Shown: positions 29,922-41,380, numbered from the stretch's first letter. The stretch: DNA of 64,000 nt from an uncultured Pseudomonadota bacterium (GCA_902785275.1 CACZYB010000003.1:98602-162601); one strand, 5' to 3'. The notes: generated by a model not told the origin, from the sequence alone. Numbers and translations are program-made.

Positions 29922-32069
29922 TTAATCTTCGCCACCTTCATCATCGGTACGGCCTTCAACTTGATCAGTTTTTGTAGAGAAACCAGAACCTGAAATTGTT
30001 GTTGCACCATCTGATGAAGTTGAATTAAAATTATATCCAACACCTTCTTCATCATATGTCAAATTACCATCAGGATTTGCATCTTTTATTATATCATCCA
30101 TACCTTCATCAACAATACGAAGCATAATATCCTTACGTAAATAAATTTGAATACGAGTTCCAGATGGAACAGTAAATGGAATCTTTTGTTTTGCACTGTC
30201 TTCGATAAGCTTTTGCATAACACTTTTGAAGTTTTGTTGAACTTCTGCCTTCATCTTATCCTTTGATGTCATTTCAGCAACAGTTTGAGTTTGATCCCAT
30301 GCAAAACCATAATCGCTTCCTGTTTCTTCACCATCAGATTCAATTGCATTATCAATAGTATTATATGTACCATCGGAACGTTTTACACGTGTAACAATTT
30401 TTGATGAGGATGGGAATATTGCCTCCATCGCAACAGGTAAAGCACTGTAAAGCAATGGTTTTATGAATAGTTGTTTCATATATTCTGTATCATTTTTACC
30501 TGGAACACCGGCACGACCCTGTGCATCAGCAGAGTAATTTCCAACTTGACCGAAATCAAATTCTGCACCATCAGGACGAATAAGTCGGTTCCAGTCAATA
30601 TTTATCTTTTGAACAGCTTGCAAACCGACAGAATCAGGAGTTCTAGCAACACCAATAAGTTGAGAGCCGGCTGGAATAATAATTGTTCTTCCATTGCCAC
30701 CAAAAACATTACGTTCAACTGTTGCTGTTATATCTTGGTCTGTTGGTGTATCAGAAGATATATAAATAGGTCTGTTTAACACAGCAGGGATTGGTTTTGA
30801 TTGACGAAGAACATATCTTTCATCTTTTGGTAAAGAAGAAACTTGTGAAGAATCTAAGATACTAAATGGTATAAGTTTCTTTTGTTCTTTTTCATAAATA
30901 CCAAGTGTATCAGGTAAACGATACATATCTTCTTCACCTATGGTGGTTCTTCTTTCCCCTGCTTCACCAGATTTTACCAACTGACGATTTGAACGAACTT
31001 CTTCGAAATCAGGTTGTACAGGACCACTTACTGCCTGCATTGTTTCATCAAGAAGTGGCAATGCAAGTTCGATACGTTTTTCTTCGGATTTCTTTTTATC
31101 AAGGATTGTACCCTTTCCAATAACACGACCAGAACCGGATTCAATTACCATACCGTCATCTTCCATATTACCGATAATGTGGGAACAATTTGGTGCATAA
31201 ACATCATTGTTTCCCTGTACCCAACCGATGAATGTACCACTGAAATCATAAGCCTTACTTGCGTATTTTTTACAATCATCAGGTTTTATAATACGTTTTG
31301 GCTTATCTTCGGTTTTCTTTTCTTCTTTTTTAGGAGCTAAATCTTCGGAAACTTCGTAATCACTTTCTTCTTCTTCCTCTTCTGGTTCTTCATCAAAGAA
31401 AGAATCTTTTTCTTCTTCTTTTTGTTCGGTAACCTTTTCTGGTTCCTTTGATTGTAGGGTTAAGTTTACCTTTTTTGTAAGTTCAGTTTTTGCATCATTT
31501 TTTGAGCTTGTTCCTTCATCAACAAGTTCATCATATTTTACAACAATGAAAAGGTTTTTATTTTCCTTTTGTGTTGGCTTCCATGAAAGGTTTAATGTAC
31601 AACTTGAATTAGGAGTAATTTTTGCCCTTGCAGTACAATCTGCAGCGTCAAGTGTTAAACCATCCATATTATAAGATAGTGATACATCTGTAATTTTTAT
31701 AGGATTAGAGATAACAGAAATCATTATTTGACGGAATGCCTCTTCATTAAGAGGTTGATCTTCGATTTTTAAATCTTCTGGATCAATATCAACAGTTGGG
31801 TGAACGTATGGAATATCGGTTTGTTTACCATCTTCCTTTACCGCATTAACATTTTTTAAAACATCATTAAAGTCATTTTGATTTCTGTTTGCAGTTAAAA
31901 TTGCACCAACAATAAAAACACCCAACATACCAACAGCAATAAAGATAAGCAATCTGTTAGTATTTTTTGTAATAATAGCAGATTTGCTTTGCTTATTTTC
32001 AGGAAGCATTGCTGTATTTTCATCAGATACAGTTTTTGCTTTATTCATGTCGTTATTAAGCAAAGCCAT
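29922..32069 (-). CDS. virB10: VirB10/TrbI-family T4SS core protein with extra Ig-like and beta-repeat domains
   Basis: Single N-terminal TM. C-terminal TrbI-like domain: PIPAVL, IIIPAGSQLIG, IDWNRLIRPDG, DAQGRAG and VPSGTRIQIYLRKDI. Confidence 0.85.
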   Translation of the reverse strand: MALLNNDMNKAKTVSDENTAMLPENKQSKSAIITKNTNRLLIFIAVGMLGVFIVGAILTANRNQNDFNDVLKNVNAVKEDGKQTDIPYVHPTVDIDPEDLKIEDQPLNEEAFRQIMISVISNPIKITDVSLSYNMDGLTLDAADCTARAKITPNSSCTLNLSWKPTQKENKNLFIVVKYDELVDEGTSSKNDAKTELTKKVNLTLQSKEPEKVTEQKEEEKDSFFDEEPEEEEEESDYEVSEDLAPKKEEKKTEDKPKRIIKPDDCKKYASKAYDFSGTFIGWVQGNNDVYAPNCSHIIGNMEDDGMVIESGSGRVIGKGTILDKKKSEEKRIELALPLLDETMQAVSGPVQPDFEEVRSNRQLVKSGEAGERRTTIGEEDMYRLPDTLGIYEKEQKKLIPFSILDSSQVSSLPKDERYVLRQSKPIPAVLNRPIYISSDTPTDQDITATVERNVFGGNGRTIIIPAGSQLIGVARTPDSVGLQAVQKINIDWNRLIRPDGAEFDFGQVGNYSADAQGRAGVPGKNDTEYMKQLFIKPLLYSALPVAMEAIFPSSSKIVTRVKRSDGTYNTIDNAIESDGEETGSDYGFAWDQTQTVAEMTSKDKMKAEVQQNFKSVMQKLIEDSAKQKIPFTVPSGTRIQIYLRKDIMLRIVDEGMDDIIKDANPDGNLTYDEEGVGYNFNSTSSDGATTISGSGFSTKTDQVEGRTDDEGGED

Positions 32070-32085
32070 AAAATCCCCTATCTTA

Positions 32086-33636
32086 TTATTGAGCCCTTAC
32101 AACAGCACATGGTACATTTTGAAGTGATAGCTTTTGACAGATTTCATCTGCAACTTCTATCTTTCCAAATGGACCAATTCTTAATCTGTAAAGTTCACCA
32201 CCATAATATCTTTGTTGGCCAATTTCATCAACACCACTTGTTTCAACAGAATAGAATGGTGTGTATTCATCAAGCCACTGAATCTTTTCGGTTAATTCAA
32301 GCCATTTTGTTTCAAGTTCAACAACTGATTTTCCCTTAAAGATTTCAACACTTACGTTTTGGTTATTTTGCTTTACCAATGGAACGTAATGGTTTGGCAA
32401 AACAGATGCGTTTGTTTTTGCCTTTGATGTCATAGAGTTATAGATAGCTTGATTTTCGCTTTCTGAATAATAATTTACACCAGCAGGCATCATTCCAGCA
32501 ATCATTTGTTGTGGATATGCGTATGCGTTCATAGACATATCTTGATAACCTTGGTATCCACCTTGCATACCGTATGCGCCATAAGCACCAACACCATATG
32601 CTCCGGCATAGTTACCACCGATTGCTTCTACACCAGAAGACATATAGTCAACACCTGTTACTTGACCACCTGTTGAACCAGACACAGCCAATAAATCCTG
32701 TGGTGGTGGTGGGTTAGAAAGTAAGTATGGTTTTGAACGAAGCTTTATACATACAAGACGACCACCGTTTCTTAAAACTAAATCACCGATTGCTTCAACA
32801 ACCAAAAGACGACTTTGTGGACCTTCTGTTCTGAAACCAACAGGTGATTCACCACCTTCTACAAGGAGGGAAACAACTGGACGTTGGTTCATATTTAATG
32901 CCTTTTCGCCAAAATCTATGTATGTGAAAACGTTATCACGCCATACTCGTTCAGGTGCGATTATGTAATCATCTGGATTTGGAACGAAAACATCCAAATC
33001 GAAACGAAAGTCAGTTGGGTCAACGTTAATACTTTTTATCCAACCAAAATCTTCACCTTCCCAATCGTTATCACCTGTTTCTTTAAAACTTTTACCACCC
33101 ATAATTGATTTCATGGATGAGAAATTATTTCCAGAAGAAGATGATGATGCAGAAGAGCTTCCCTTTCTGTATTTATATGGAACGGAAATATCAATCACAG
33201 ATGAAGTAATCTTTTCTGTATTAAGAGGTTCGGATTTAAGATAAAATACATACTTATTTCCACTATTACCGAAAATAAACAAGTTGGTATCTGCCATTGC
33301 TCTTCCATCAACAGGAGAAATCATAAAAACATTTTTTTCAACAGGACGACCATCAAAGAAATCTTTATCTCCGACATAAGCATCCTTTATTGTTTCCCAT
33401 TCTGGAAAGTTAATAACTGTTAACATACCATCACGAAGTTTTATAGGAATAACAGAACCAGGTTCCCACTGTATTTTTTGATAACCAGGTTTTGTTTGAT
33501 TTTCACCCATATTTTGCATAGGATTATCCCAAGCACTTTGTGTACCAAAACCAGCGGAAGTTGGGCCTTCTTGTGAGAAAGCAGGTTTAATAAATACGTT
33601 TATTAATAAGATAAAAGTTATTAGAATTTTTTTCAT
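32086..33636 (-). CDS. virB9: VirB9/TrbG-family T4SS outer-membrane core protein with a C-terminal SPOR-like domain
   Basis: Signal peptide; TVINFPEWETI, DTNLFI..NKYVFYL and PERVWRDNVFTYIDF...PVV (VirB9 C-domain); ends YRLRIGPF...ADEICQKL...CAVV. Confidence 0.85.
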   Translation of the reverse strand: MKKILITFILLINVFIKPAFSQEGPTSAGFGTQSAWDNPMQNMGENQTKPGYQKIQWEPGSVIPIKLRDGMLTVINFPEWETIKDAYVGDKDFFDGRPVEKNVFMISPVDGRAMADTNLFIFGNSGNKYVFYLKSEPLNTEKITSSVIDISVPYKYRKGSSSASSSSSGNNFSSMKSIMGGKSFKETGDNDWEGEDFGWIKSINVDPTDFRFDLDVFVPNPDDYIIAPERVWRDNVFTYIDFGEKALNMNQRPVVSLLVEGGESPVGFRTEGPQSRLLVVEAIGDLVLRNGGRLVCIKLRSKPYLLSNPPPPQDLLAVSGSTGGQVTGVDYMSSGVEAIGGNYAGAYGVGAYGAYGMQGGYQGYQDMSMNAYAYPQQMIAGMMPAGVNYYSESENQAIYNSMTSKAKTNASVLPNHYVPLVKQNNQNVSVEIFKGKSVVELETKWLELTEKIQWLDEYTPFYSVETSGVDEIGQQRYYGGELYRLRIGPFGKIEVADEICQKLSLQNVPCAVVRAQ

Positions 33637-33703
33637 TTTAATATTTCCTATTCCTCTTTCCTATAATTTACCCCTTTTTTATTTGATATTACAAGTGTTT
33701 TTT

Positions 33704-34351
33704 TCAATTTTTCAAATATTCATATCCTGTTATTTCAAAACCTAACGGATTTATCCACTTGTTTTTCTTATTTTTTATGGTTGATTTAGTCATAAAATTA
33801 CAGGTAATTAAAATCTTTTTTGTTGTAATTTCAGGATTTATTCCAAGTGGAGTTGTTGTTTTTACAGAGATTTCTGCAATCCATTTATTTGATTTTGGTT
33901 GGTAATCAAGTTTTTCAATATTTACAACCTTTACAACTTTTTCTTTGTTAAGAAGGAATGATGTATATTCGGGACTTGAAATAAATTTTTCATATACATC
34001 CTTTGATGATAAGAAGAAAATATTTCCATCAACACCAAAAGTGTTTGCCATTTTTATTTTATCACTGTAAAGACTTTCCCTATCAATTATATACTCAGAA
34101 ATATAATTCTTTGCAATTTCATAACCAATGCTATCCTGCGAAATTGAAAAAGATTGATTGTTTGTTTTTGTTATATACAAATTTTCAATATTTCCATTCT
34201 GACTTGATACAAAGAAAAGCTCTCTTTTTGCATCAGGTGAAATTTTTGAAAATGCAACCAAAAGCACAAAGTTCAAAAAAATACTTATAACAAGAAATAA
34301 TCCGAAAACTCGGAATAACCACAAGTATCTTTGTTCATCAATTTGTTTCAA
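33704..34351 (-). CDS. virB8: VirB8-family T4SS inner-membrane protein
   Basis: TTG start with AAGGAG; one TM; YIIDRES and the terminal WINPLGFEITGY signature (NPxG). Confidence 0.85.
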   Translation of the reverse strand: MKQIDEQRYLWLFRVFGLFLVISIFLNFVLLVAFSKISPDAKRELFFVSSQNGNIENLYITKTNNQSFSISQDSIGYEIAKNYISEYIIDRESLYSDKIKMANTFGVDGNIFFLSSKDVYEKFISSPEYTSFLLNKEKVVKVVNIEKLDYQPKSNKWIAEISVKTTTPLGINPEITTKKILITCNFMTKSTIKNKKNKWINPLGFEITGYEYLKN

Positions 34352-34533
34352 CTGAAATTCTCCTTTATTCCCTCTTATACCTTTAAATAATAATATCTTA
34401 ACTTTTAAAATGCAAGTAAATATACATAATTAAAAAATAACTTTTTACACACCTTATTACTTAGACAAATAAAAATTTACTGCGTATTATATCTCTTGAT
34501 AATCTTTTCCGTTTATTATATATTTTATCTTAG

Positions 34534-35967
<1,434 letters not shown>

Positions 35968-35979
35968 AAAAGGTATAGA

Positions 35980-36369
35980 ATGGGAATGAAACTTAAAATC
36001 ATAACTCCATTAGATATATTTTACAGAGAAAATGTTTCCAAAATAAAAACCGAAGGATTGGAAGGTTATTTTGAAATACTTCCAAATCATGCAGATTATG
36101 TTTCATCTTTAGTGACATCCATTCTTACTTTTGAAACAGAAGACAAAGTTGAATTTTTTGCGATTGATGGTGGAACACTTGTAAAATATGGTAACAATGT
36201 TGAAATTGCCATAAGACATGCAATAAAAGGACTTAACCTTGACGACCTTAAAAAACAAATGGAAATAAGTTTTAAGGAAATGGAAGATGAGGATAAACAA
36301 ACAAGGACTGCACTTGCTTCACTGGAAGGAAATATCGCAAAACTTATTCAAGATTTAGGAAATAATTAG
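35980..36369 (+). CDS. atpC: N-ATPase epsilon subunit
   Basis: LKIITP and GYFEILPNHAD; position in the operon. Confidence 0.92.
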   Translation: MGMKLKIITPLDIFYRENVSKIKTEGLEGYFEILPNHADYVSSLVTSILTFETEDKVEFFAIDGGTLVKYGNNVEIAIRHAIKGLNLDDLKKQMEISFKEMEDEDKQTRTALASLEGNIAKLIQDLGNN

Positions 36370-36378
36370 AGGTTTGAA

Positions 36379-36720
36379 ATGGAAAGAAAAAAGGGAAATA
36401 TTAAATCAAAGGAAAACTTAAGATCCGATAAAAAGATGATTGAAACTGTTTCAAAAAAGATTAACAGACACTTTTGGGCGAAAACAAGAAAGTCACCTGT
36501 GTTTCAAGCGATATATCTTTTCGGATTTATGGGATGGGAAATTGGTGTTCCAGTTGTTGCATTGGCGTATATTGGATTATGGCTAGATAAAAACTTCCCT
36601 AATCAATATATTGCATGGGCACTTAACTGTATTATACTTGGCTTTATTATTGGCGGATATAATACTTATAGATGGATAAAAAGAGAAAAAATAAAACTTG
36701 ATAAGGAGGATATGAAATAA
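36379..36720 (+). CDS. atpQ: N-ATPase AtpQ (ATPase gene 1 family)
   Basis: GFMGWEIGVP...GLWLD; two TMs; position in the operon. Confidence 0.85.
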   Translation: MERKKGNIKSKENLRSDKKMIETVSKKINRHFWAKTRKSPVFQAIYLFGFMGWEIGVPVVALAYIGLWLDKNFPNQYIAWALNCIILGFIIGGYNTYRWIKREKIKLDKEDMK

Positions 36721-37010
36721 TGGCAACAGTACTTCATTACTTAATTCTTATTTTTGCAACAGCACTTTTTGCGTTTGTGTATTTTAAATTTTTGAAATAC
36801 AGTTTGGATAAAGTTTTATCAAAGGAAAAATCTTTTAATTTTATATATTTTTCATTTATTACACGAATTTGTTTAACAATATTATTCTTTTACATACTTT
36901 TAAAATACTACCATGAAATACAGGAAATATTTGTTGTAATCATAGTATTTTTGGTTTGCAGATATCTTGTTTTAAAAAAGGATAAAAAGGTATCAAGGAA
37001 AGGAAAGTAA
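36720..37010 (+). CDS. atpR: N-ATPase AtpR
   Basis: Three TMs with intramembrane Arg residues (SFITR, FLVCR); lies between atpQ and atpB. Confidence 0.75.
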   Translation: MATVLHYLILIFATALFAFVYFKFLKYSLDKVLSKEKSFNFIYFSFITRICLTILFFYILLKYYHEIQEIFVVIIVFLVCRYLVLKKDKKVSRKGK

Positions 37011-37015
37011 ACAAT

Positions 37016-37783
37016 ATGAATATAAGTCCTGATGAAATAGTATTGTTCAAAATCCCAACCAAACTTTTTGGTAGAAACTTTTGTATTGATATAAATATGA
37101 CTGTTGTTGGGACATGGGGAATAATGCTTTTTTTGTGGCTGTTTTTCAGATTTGTTACAAAAGATTTTAACAGTAGTTTTAAGATGACCCGACTTCAAAA
37201 TATGGTTGAAGTATTGGTAAAGTTCTTACGCGATCAGGTTGAAATGATGATGAAAAGAAAAGCGGATAATTTTATGCCTTTAATAGGAAGCTTGTTCATA
37301 TTTATTTTAGTTGCGAATTGGACGGCGATACTTCCTATACCTTTTTATGTGAATAAAAGTTTAGAATGGTATTTGCCACCAACTGCATCTATTTCAACTA
37401 CTGCGGCACTTTCTATTGTAGTGATGAGTTCGGTAATTGTTTATGGTATGGCAACACAAGGTGTGTTTGGTTATTTCAAAAGATTTTTTGAACCGATTTT
37501 TATTTTATTTCCTCTTAATATTTTAAGTGAGATTTCAAGTTTTGTATCATTGGCAATAAGGCTTTATGGAAATATTATGAGTGGTGGACTTCTTGCAAGT
37601 ATTTTATTTGTACTTGCACCTTTGATACTTCCAGGACTTATAAATATTTATGGGCTTTTGGCTGGAACGATACAACCATACATTTTTTCTGTACTTGCAA
37701 TGGTGTATATATCGGCAGGTATGGGAGAAGCTTCAGAATCAGAAATGGAAGAGTTGATGACTTTACAACTTGAACGAATCTGA
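37016..37783 (+). CDS. atpB: N-ATPase a subunit
   Basis: ISPD N-terminus, PPTASISTT, SLAIRLYGNIMSG and IQPYIF. Confidence 0.95.
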   Translation: MNISPDEIVLFKIPTKLFGRNFCIDINMTVVGTWGIMLFLWLFFRFVTKDFNSSFKMTRLQNMVEVLVKFLRDQVEMMMKRKADNFMPLIGSLFIFILVANWTAILPIPFYVNKSLEWYLPPTASISTTAALSIVVMSSVIVYGMATQGVFGYFKRFFEPIFILFPLNILSEISSFVSLAIRLYGNIMSGGLLASILFVLAPLILPGLINIYGLLAGTIQPYIFSVLAMVYISAGMGEASESEMEELMTLQLERI

Positions 37784-37821
37784 TAAACAATTTTATTAAC
37801 AAAACGAAAGGTAGGTATAAT

Positions 37822-38106
37822 ATGGATATGGGTTTAGTTTGGATAGCAGTAGCGTCAGTTATTGGTGCAGCACTTGCTGTTGGATTGGGTGGTATTGGTC
37901 CATCATTTGCAGAGGGATTTGCTGTAAAACAAACTATTGCTGCGATGGCACAACAACCAGATGAAGCAAGTAACCTTAGAAGCACTTTGTTTGTATCTAT
38001 GGCTATGCTTGAATCTTGTGCTATTTATGCATTGCTTGTTGCTATGATTTTGATATTCAGTAATCCATTCTGGAACTATGGCGTTTCAGTTGTTGCAGGA
38101 AAATAA
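37822..38106 (+). CDS. atpE: N-ATPase c subunit, Na+-type
   Basis: GPSFAEG (first-helix Glu), AQQP and ESCAIY (ESxxxY). Confidence 0.95.
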   Translation: MDMGLVWIAVASVIGAALAVGLGGIGPSFAEGFAVKQTIAAMAQQPDEASNLRSTLFVSMAMLESCAIYALLVAMILIFSNPFWNYGVSVVAGK

Positions 38107-38128
38107 TTAAAGTTTAAGGGATTTTGTT

Positions 38129-38920
38129 ATGAATATAAATTGGTCTACTGTATTCTTTCAAATAATAAACTTTTGGATTATTGTTTGGATTTTGAAAAAG
38201 TATCTTTTTAAACCTGTTTTATCATCTATGGATAAAAGGGAAAAGATGATTCAATCAAAACTTAAAGAAGCAGAAGACGCAAAGAAAAAAGCCGAAAAGG
38301 AAAAACAAAATCTTTTGAATAAAATTGCATCGTTGGAACAATCAAAATCAAGCATTTTGGCAGAGGCATATAAAAAGGCAGATTTTGAATATGCGGTATT
38401 GCTTAAATCTTTTAATGCAGAAATGACCGGAAAAAGAAAAGCTTTTGAAGAGCAAGTCGTTTTGGAAAGGGAGTTTTTGCGTAATTCAATAAAAGATTTG
38501 GCGGGACAAACAATCCTTAAAACCTTAGAAGATGCCCTTAAAAATTTGGCAAATACAGACGTGGAAAAAGCTGTACTTAATAACTTTATTTTAAAGCTTA
38601 AATCAAAAGATATTGAAAAAATATCCGAACTTAAAAAATACTATCAAAAAAATAAAAGTTTGAGTGTAGCAACATCGTTTGATATGGATTCAAAGACAAA
38701 GCAATTAATTACTCACGCTGTGGCTGAAATACTTGAATTAAAAACTGTAAAAATTGAATTTACAAAACACCAAGATATTATTTGTGGGATTGAAATTATA
38801 TGCCCACCGTTACTTATAAGCTTTGGAGTAAATACCTATATTTCAGAGTTTAAGAAAAATCTTGATGACGGTTTGGCGGAACTTACAAAGACAACAAAAA
38901 TTATTGATGAAAATAAGTAA
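38129..38920 (+). CDS. atpF: N-ATPase b subunit (b-delta fusion)
   Basis: INWSTVFFQIINF..LKKYLFKP, a coiled coil and a delta-like C-terminus (IICGIEI). Confidence 0.92.
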   Translation: MNINWSTVFFQIINFWIIVWILKKYLFKPVLSSMDKREKMIQSKLKEAEDAKKKAEKEKQNLLNKIASLEQSKSSILAEAYKKADFEYAVLLKSFNAEMTGKRKAFEEQVVLEREFLRNSIKDLAGQTILKTLEDALKNLANTDVEKAVLNNFILKLKSKDIEKISELKKYYQKNKSLSVATSFDMDSKTKQLITHAVAEILELKTVKIEFTKHQDIICGIEIICPPLLISFGVNTYISEFKKNLDDGLAELTKTTKIIDENK

Positions 38921-38931
38921 AAGGTGATTTT

Positions 38932-40455
38932 ATGTTGAATGAAACAGTGAAAAACACAATAAATAAAGTTGAAAAAATCGCAAAGAAAACAAAGGCTTCG
39001 GTCGTATCAGAGGAAGTAGGCGAAGTAATTGAAATTGTCGGCAATATTGTTACTTGTTCTGGGCTTTCCAGTGTTAAAATGGATGAAATGGTTAGTGTGC
39101 AAGACTGTAAGGGTATTGTTATAAATCTTGATGAAGACTTTGTTGGTATAGTACTTCTTGATAACCCACAAAAGATTAAGGCTGGGGATAAGGTAAAACG
39201 TACCGGTCATATTGCTGATGTTCCGGTTGGTCCAGAACTTTTGGGAAGGGTTGTTGATCCAACAGGTACTCCTTTGGATAATGGACCAAAAATTATTACC
39301 CAAACTAGATATAATATTGAACGTGATGCCCATCCAATTATGGAAAGACAGGCTGTATCAACTCCTCTTCAAACTGGAATTAAGGCTATTGATGCAATTA
39401 TTCCGATAGGCAGAGGACAAAGAGAGCTTATTTTAGGGGATAGACAGACAGGTAAAACTGCGATTGCCGTGGATACCATTATTTCACAAAAAGATACTGG
39501 AGTTATTTGTATTTACTGTGCCATAGGTCAACGTGCCGATAGTGTAGCAAAAGTCATTGATGTTTTAAAACAAAAAGACTGTATGAAAAATACTATTGTT
39601 ATGGTAGCAAGTGGAGAATCTTCACCTGGACTTTTATACATTGCACCTTATGCGGCAACATCTATGGCTGAATACTTTATGGAACGTGAAGGCAAAGATG
39701 TTTTGATAATTTATGATAATCTAAGCACACATGCACAGGCATACAGACAACTTTCACTATTCTTAAGACGCCCACCTGGACGTGAGGCATATCCTGGGGA
39801 TATATTTTACATACATTCACGACTTTTGGAACGATCAACACATCTTAAACCTGAATTTGGTGGTGGGTCGGTTACGGCTCTTCCTATATGTGAAACTTTG
39901 GCAGAAAATATTTCAGCGTATATTCCAACAAATCTTATATCTATAACTGATGGACAGATATTTTTAACAAATACTTTGTTCCAAAAAGGTATTATACCGG
40001 CAATAAATATTGGTATTTCTGTTTCACGTGTTGGGTCAAAGGCTCAACTTCCTGCATATAAGGCAGTGGCTGGAGATATGAAAATTTCTTATTCTCAATT
40101 TGAAGAATTAGAGGCATTTTCAAAATTTGGAACCCAGCTTGATGAGGCAACACAAAAAATCCTTGCCCGAGGAGAAAGGATTAGGGAAATACTAAAACAA
40201 CCACAGTATGAACCATTAAAGGCAAGTGAGCAAATAGTTGTTATTTATGCTACTAATACCGGAATTTTTGATAATGTTCCATTAAACAAAGTTTATGAGT
40301 TGCAAAATGAACTTATTAAGCAAGCTCACATTTCTATCAGGCACGTTCTTGATGAAATAGATGGTGGGGCAAAGCTTAATGAAAAATTTAAAGAAGAAAT
40401 TACAAATATTGCAAAAAAAGTTGTTAATGATTTTGAAAATTTAAACAGGAAATAA
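38932..40455 (+). CDS. atpA: N-ATPase alpha subunit
   Basis: GDRQTGKT, RRPPGREAYPGD and ISITDGQI. Confidence 0.97.
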   Translation: MLNETVKNTINKVEKIAKKTKASVVSEEVGEVIEIVGNIVTCSGLSSVKMDEMVSVQDCKGIVINLDEDFVGIVLLDNPQKIKAGDKVKRTGHIADVPVGPELLGRVVDPTGTPLDNGPKIITQTRYNIERDAHPIMERQAVSTPLQTGIKAIDAIIPIGRGQRELILGDRQTGKTAIAVDTIISQKDTGVICIYCAIGQRADSVAKVIDVLKQKDCMKNTIVMVASGESSPGLLYIAPYAATSMAEYFMEREGKDVLIIYDNLSTHAQAYRQLSLFLRRPPGREAYPGDIFYIHSRLLERSTHLKPEFGGGSVTALPICETLAENISAYIPTNLISITDGQIFLTNTLFQKGIIPAINIGISVSRVGSKAQLPAYKAVAGDMKISYSQFEELEAFSKFGTQLDEATQKILARGERIREILKQPQYEPLKASEQIVVIYATNTGIFDNVPLNKVYELQNELIKQAHISIRHVLDEIDGGAKLNEKFKEEITNIAKKVVNDFENLNRK

Positions 40456-40459
40456 GCAA

Positions 40460-41380
40460 ATGCAAACTTTGGAAGGGCTTAAACGAAGAATAAAAACTAC
40501 TACTTCATTGAAAGATATTGTAAGTAGTATGAAGACCCTTTCGGCTGTAAGCGTTGGGCAATACGAAAAATCGACAAAGGCATTAAAGCAATATTCCGAA
40601 AGTATTGAAATGGCATTGCTTGCCCTTATCAGGGGAAGAACTATACCTTTGGTGGTGCCACAAAAATTTAAGGAAAAGGTTGTGGCGATTGTACTTGGTT
40701 CGGATCAAGGATTGGTTGGAAGATTTAATAAATCCATCGCCAATTTTGCAATAGATTATTTAAAATCAAACGGTATTGATACAAACTATGTTGATTTCAT
40801 TGTTGGTGGGAAAAGCTTATCATCAAAAATACTTTCCCTTGGGTATGACATAAATACTTTGTTTACTATGCCAAGCTCGGTTAAAGCAATGGTTACTGTT
40901 GCAAAAAAAATTGTTTTAAAACTTAGCGATATTCAATCAGAACAACAAAACGGAATTAAGGACTTTTCTTTTTCAAATATGCAACTGAAAGTTTATATCT
41001 TTTTTAACAAGAAGAACGAAAAGTCTTCTATTGAAAATAATGTGATACAGCTTTTACCTATTGATGCAAACTTTTTGAAAAAGCTTAGTGAGAAAAAGTG
41101 GCCAACAAAAAATATTCCTATCTATGCACCACGAAGCAGGCGAACTTTGTTTTCTTTGTTTATGCGTCAGCTTTTGTTTGCAAACATATATAATGCGGTT
41201 GCGCAAAGCTTGGCTGCAGAACATTTTACAAGAATGATTTCCATGCAAAATGCCGAAAAAAATATTGATGAACATTTGGATGCAATGAATCTTGAATACC
41301 AACAAAGACGACAAACAGAAATCACAAATGAACTTCTTGATGTTGTGGTTGGTGCCGAGGTTTTAAAGAATAAAAAATAG
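40460..41380 (+). CDS. atpG: N-ATPase gamma subunit
   Basis: IVSSMK, GSDQGLVGRFN, EHFTRMISMQNAEKNI and RQTEITNELLDVV. Confidence 0.95.
   Translation: MQTLEGLKRRIKTTTSLKDIVSSMKTLSAVSVGQYEKSTKALKQYSESIEMALLALIRGRTIPLVVPQKFKEKVVAIVLGSDQGLVGRFNKSIANFAIDYLKSNGIDTNYVDFIVGGKSLSSKILSLGYDINTLFTMPSSVKAMVTVAKKIVLKLSDIQSEQQNGIKDFSFSNMQLKVYIFFNKKNEKSSIENNVIQLLPIDANFLKKLSEKKWPTKNIPIYAPRSRRTLFSLFMRQLLFANIYNAVAQSLAAEHFTRMISMQNAEKNIDEHLDAMNLEYQQRRQTEITNELLDVVVGAEVLKNKK

Noticed and set aside
29922-34351. virB genes as part of an ICE or conjugative element
   Set aside because: No relaxase, coupling protein, VirB4, integrase or att sites in the window, and the flanks are housekeeping genes.
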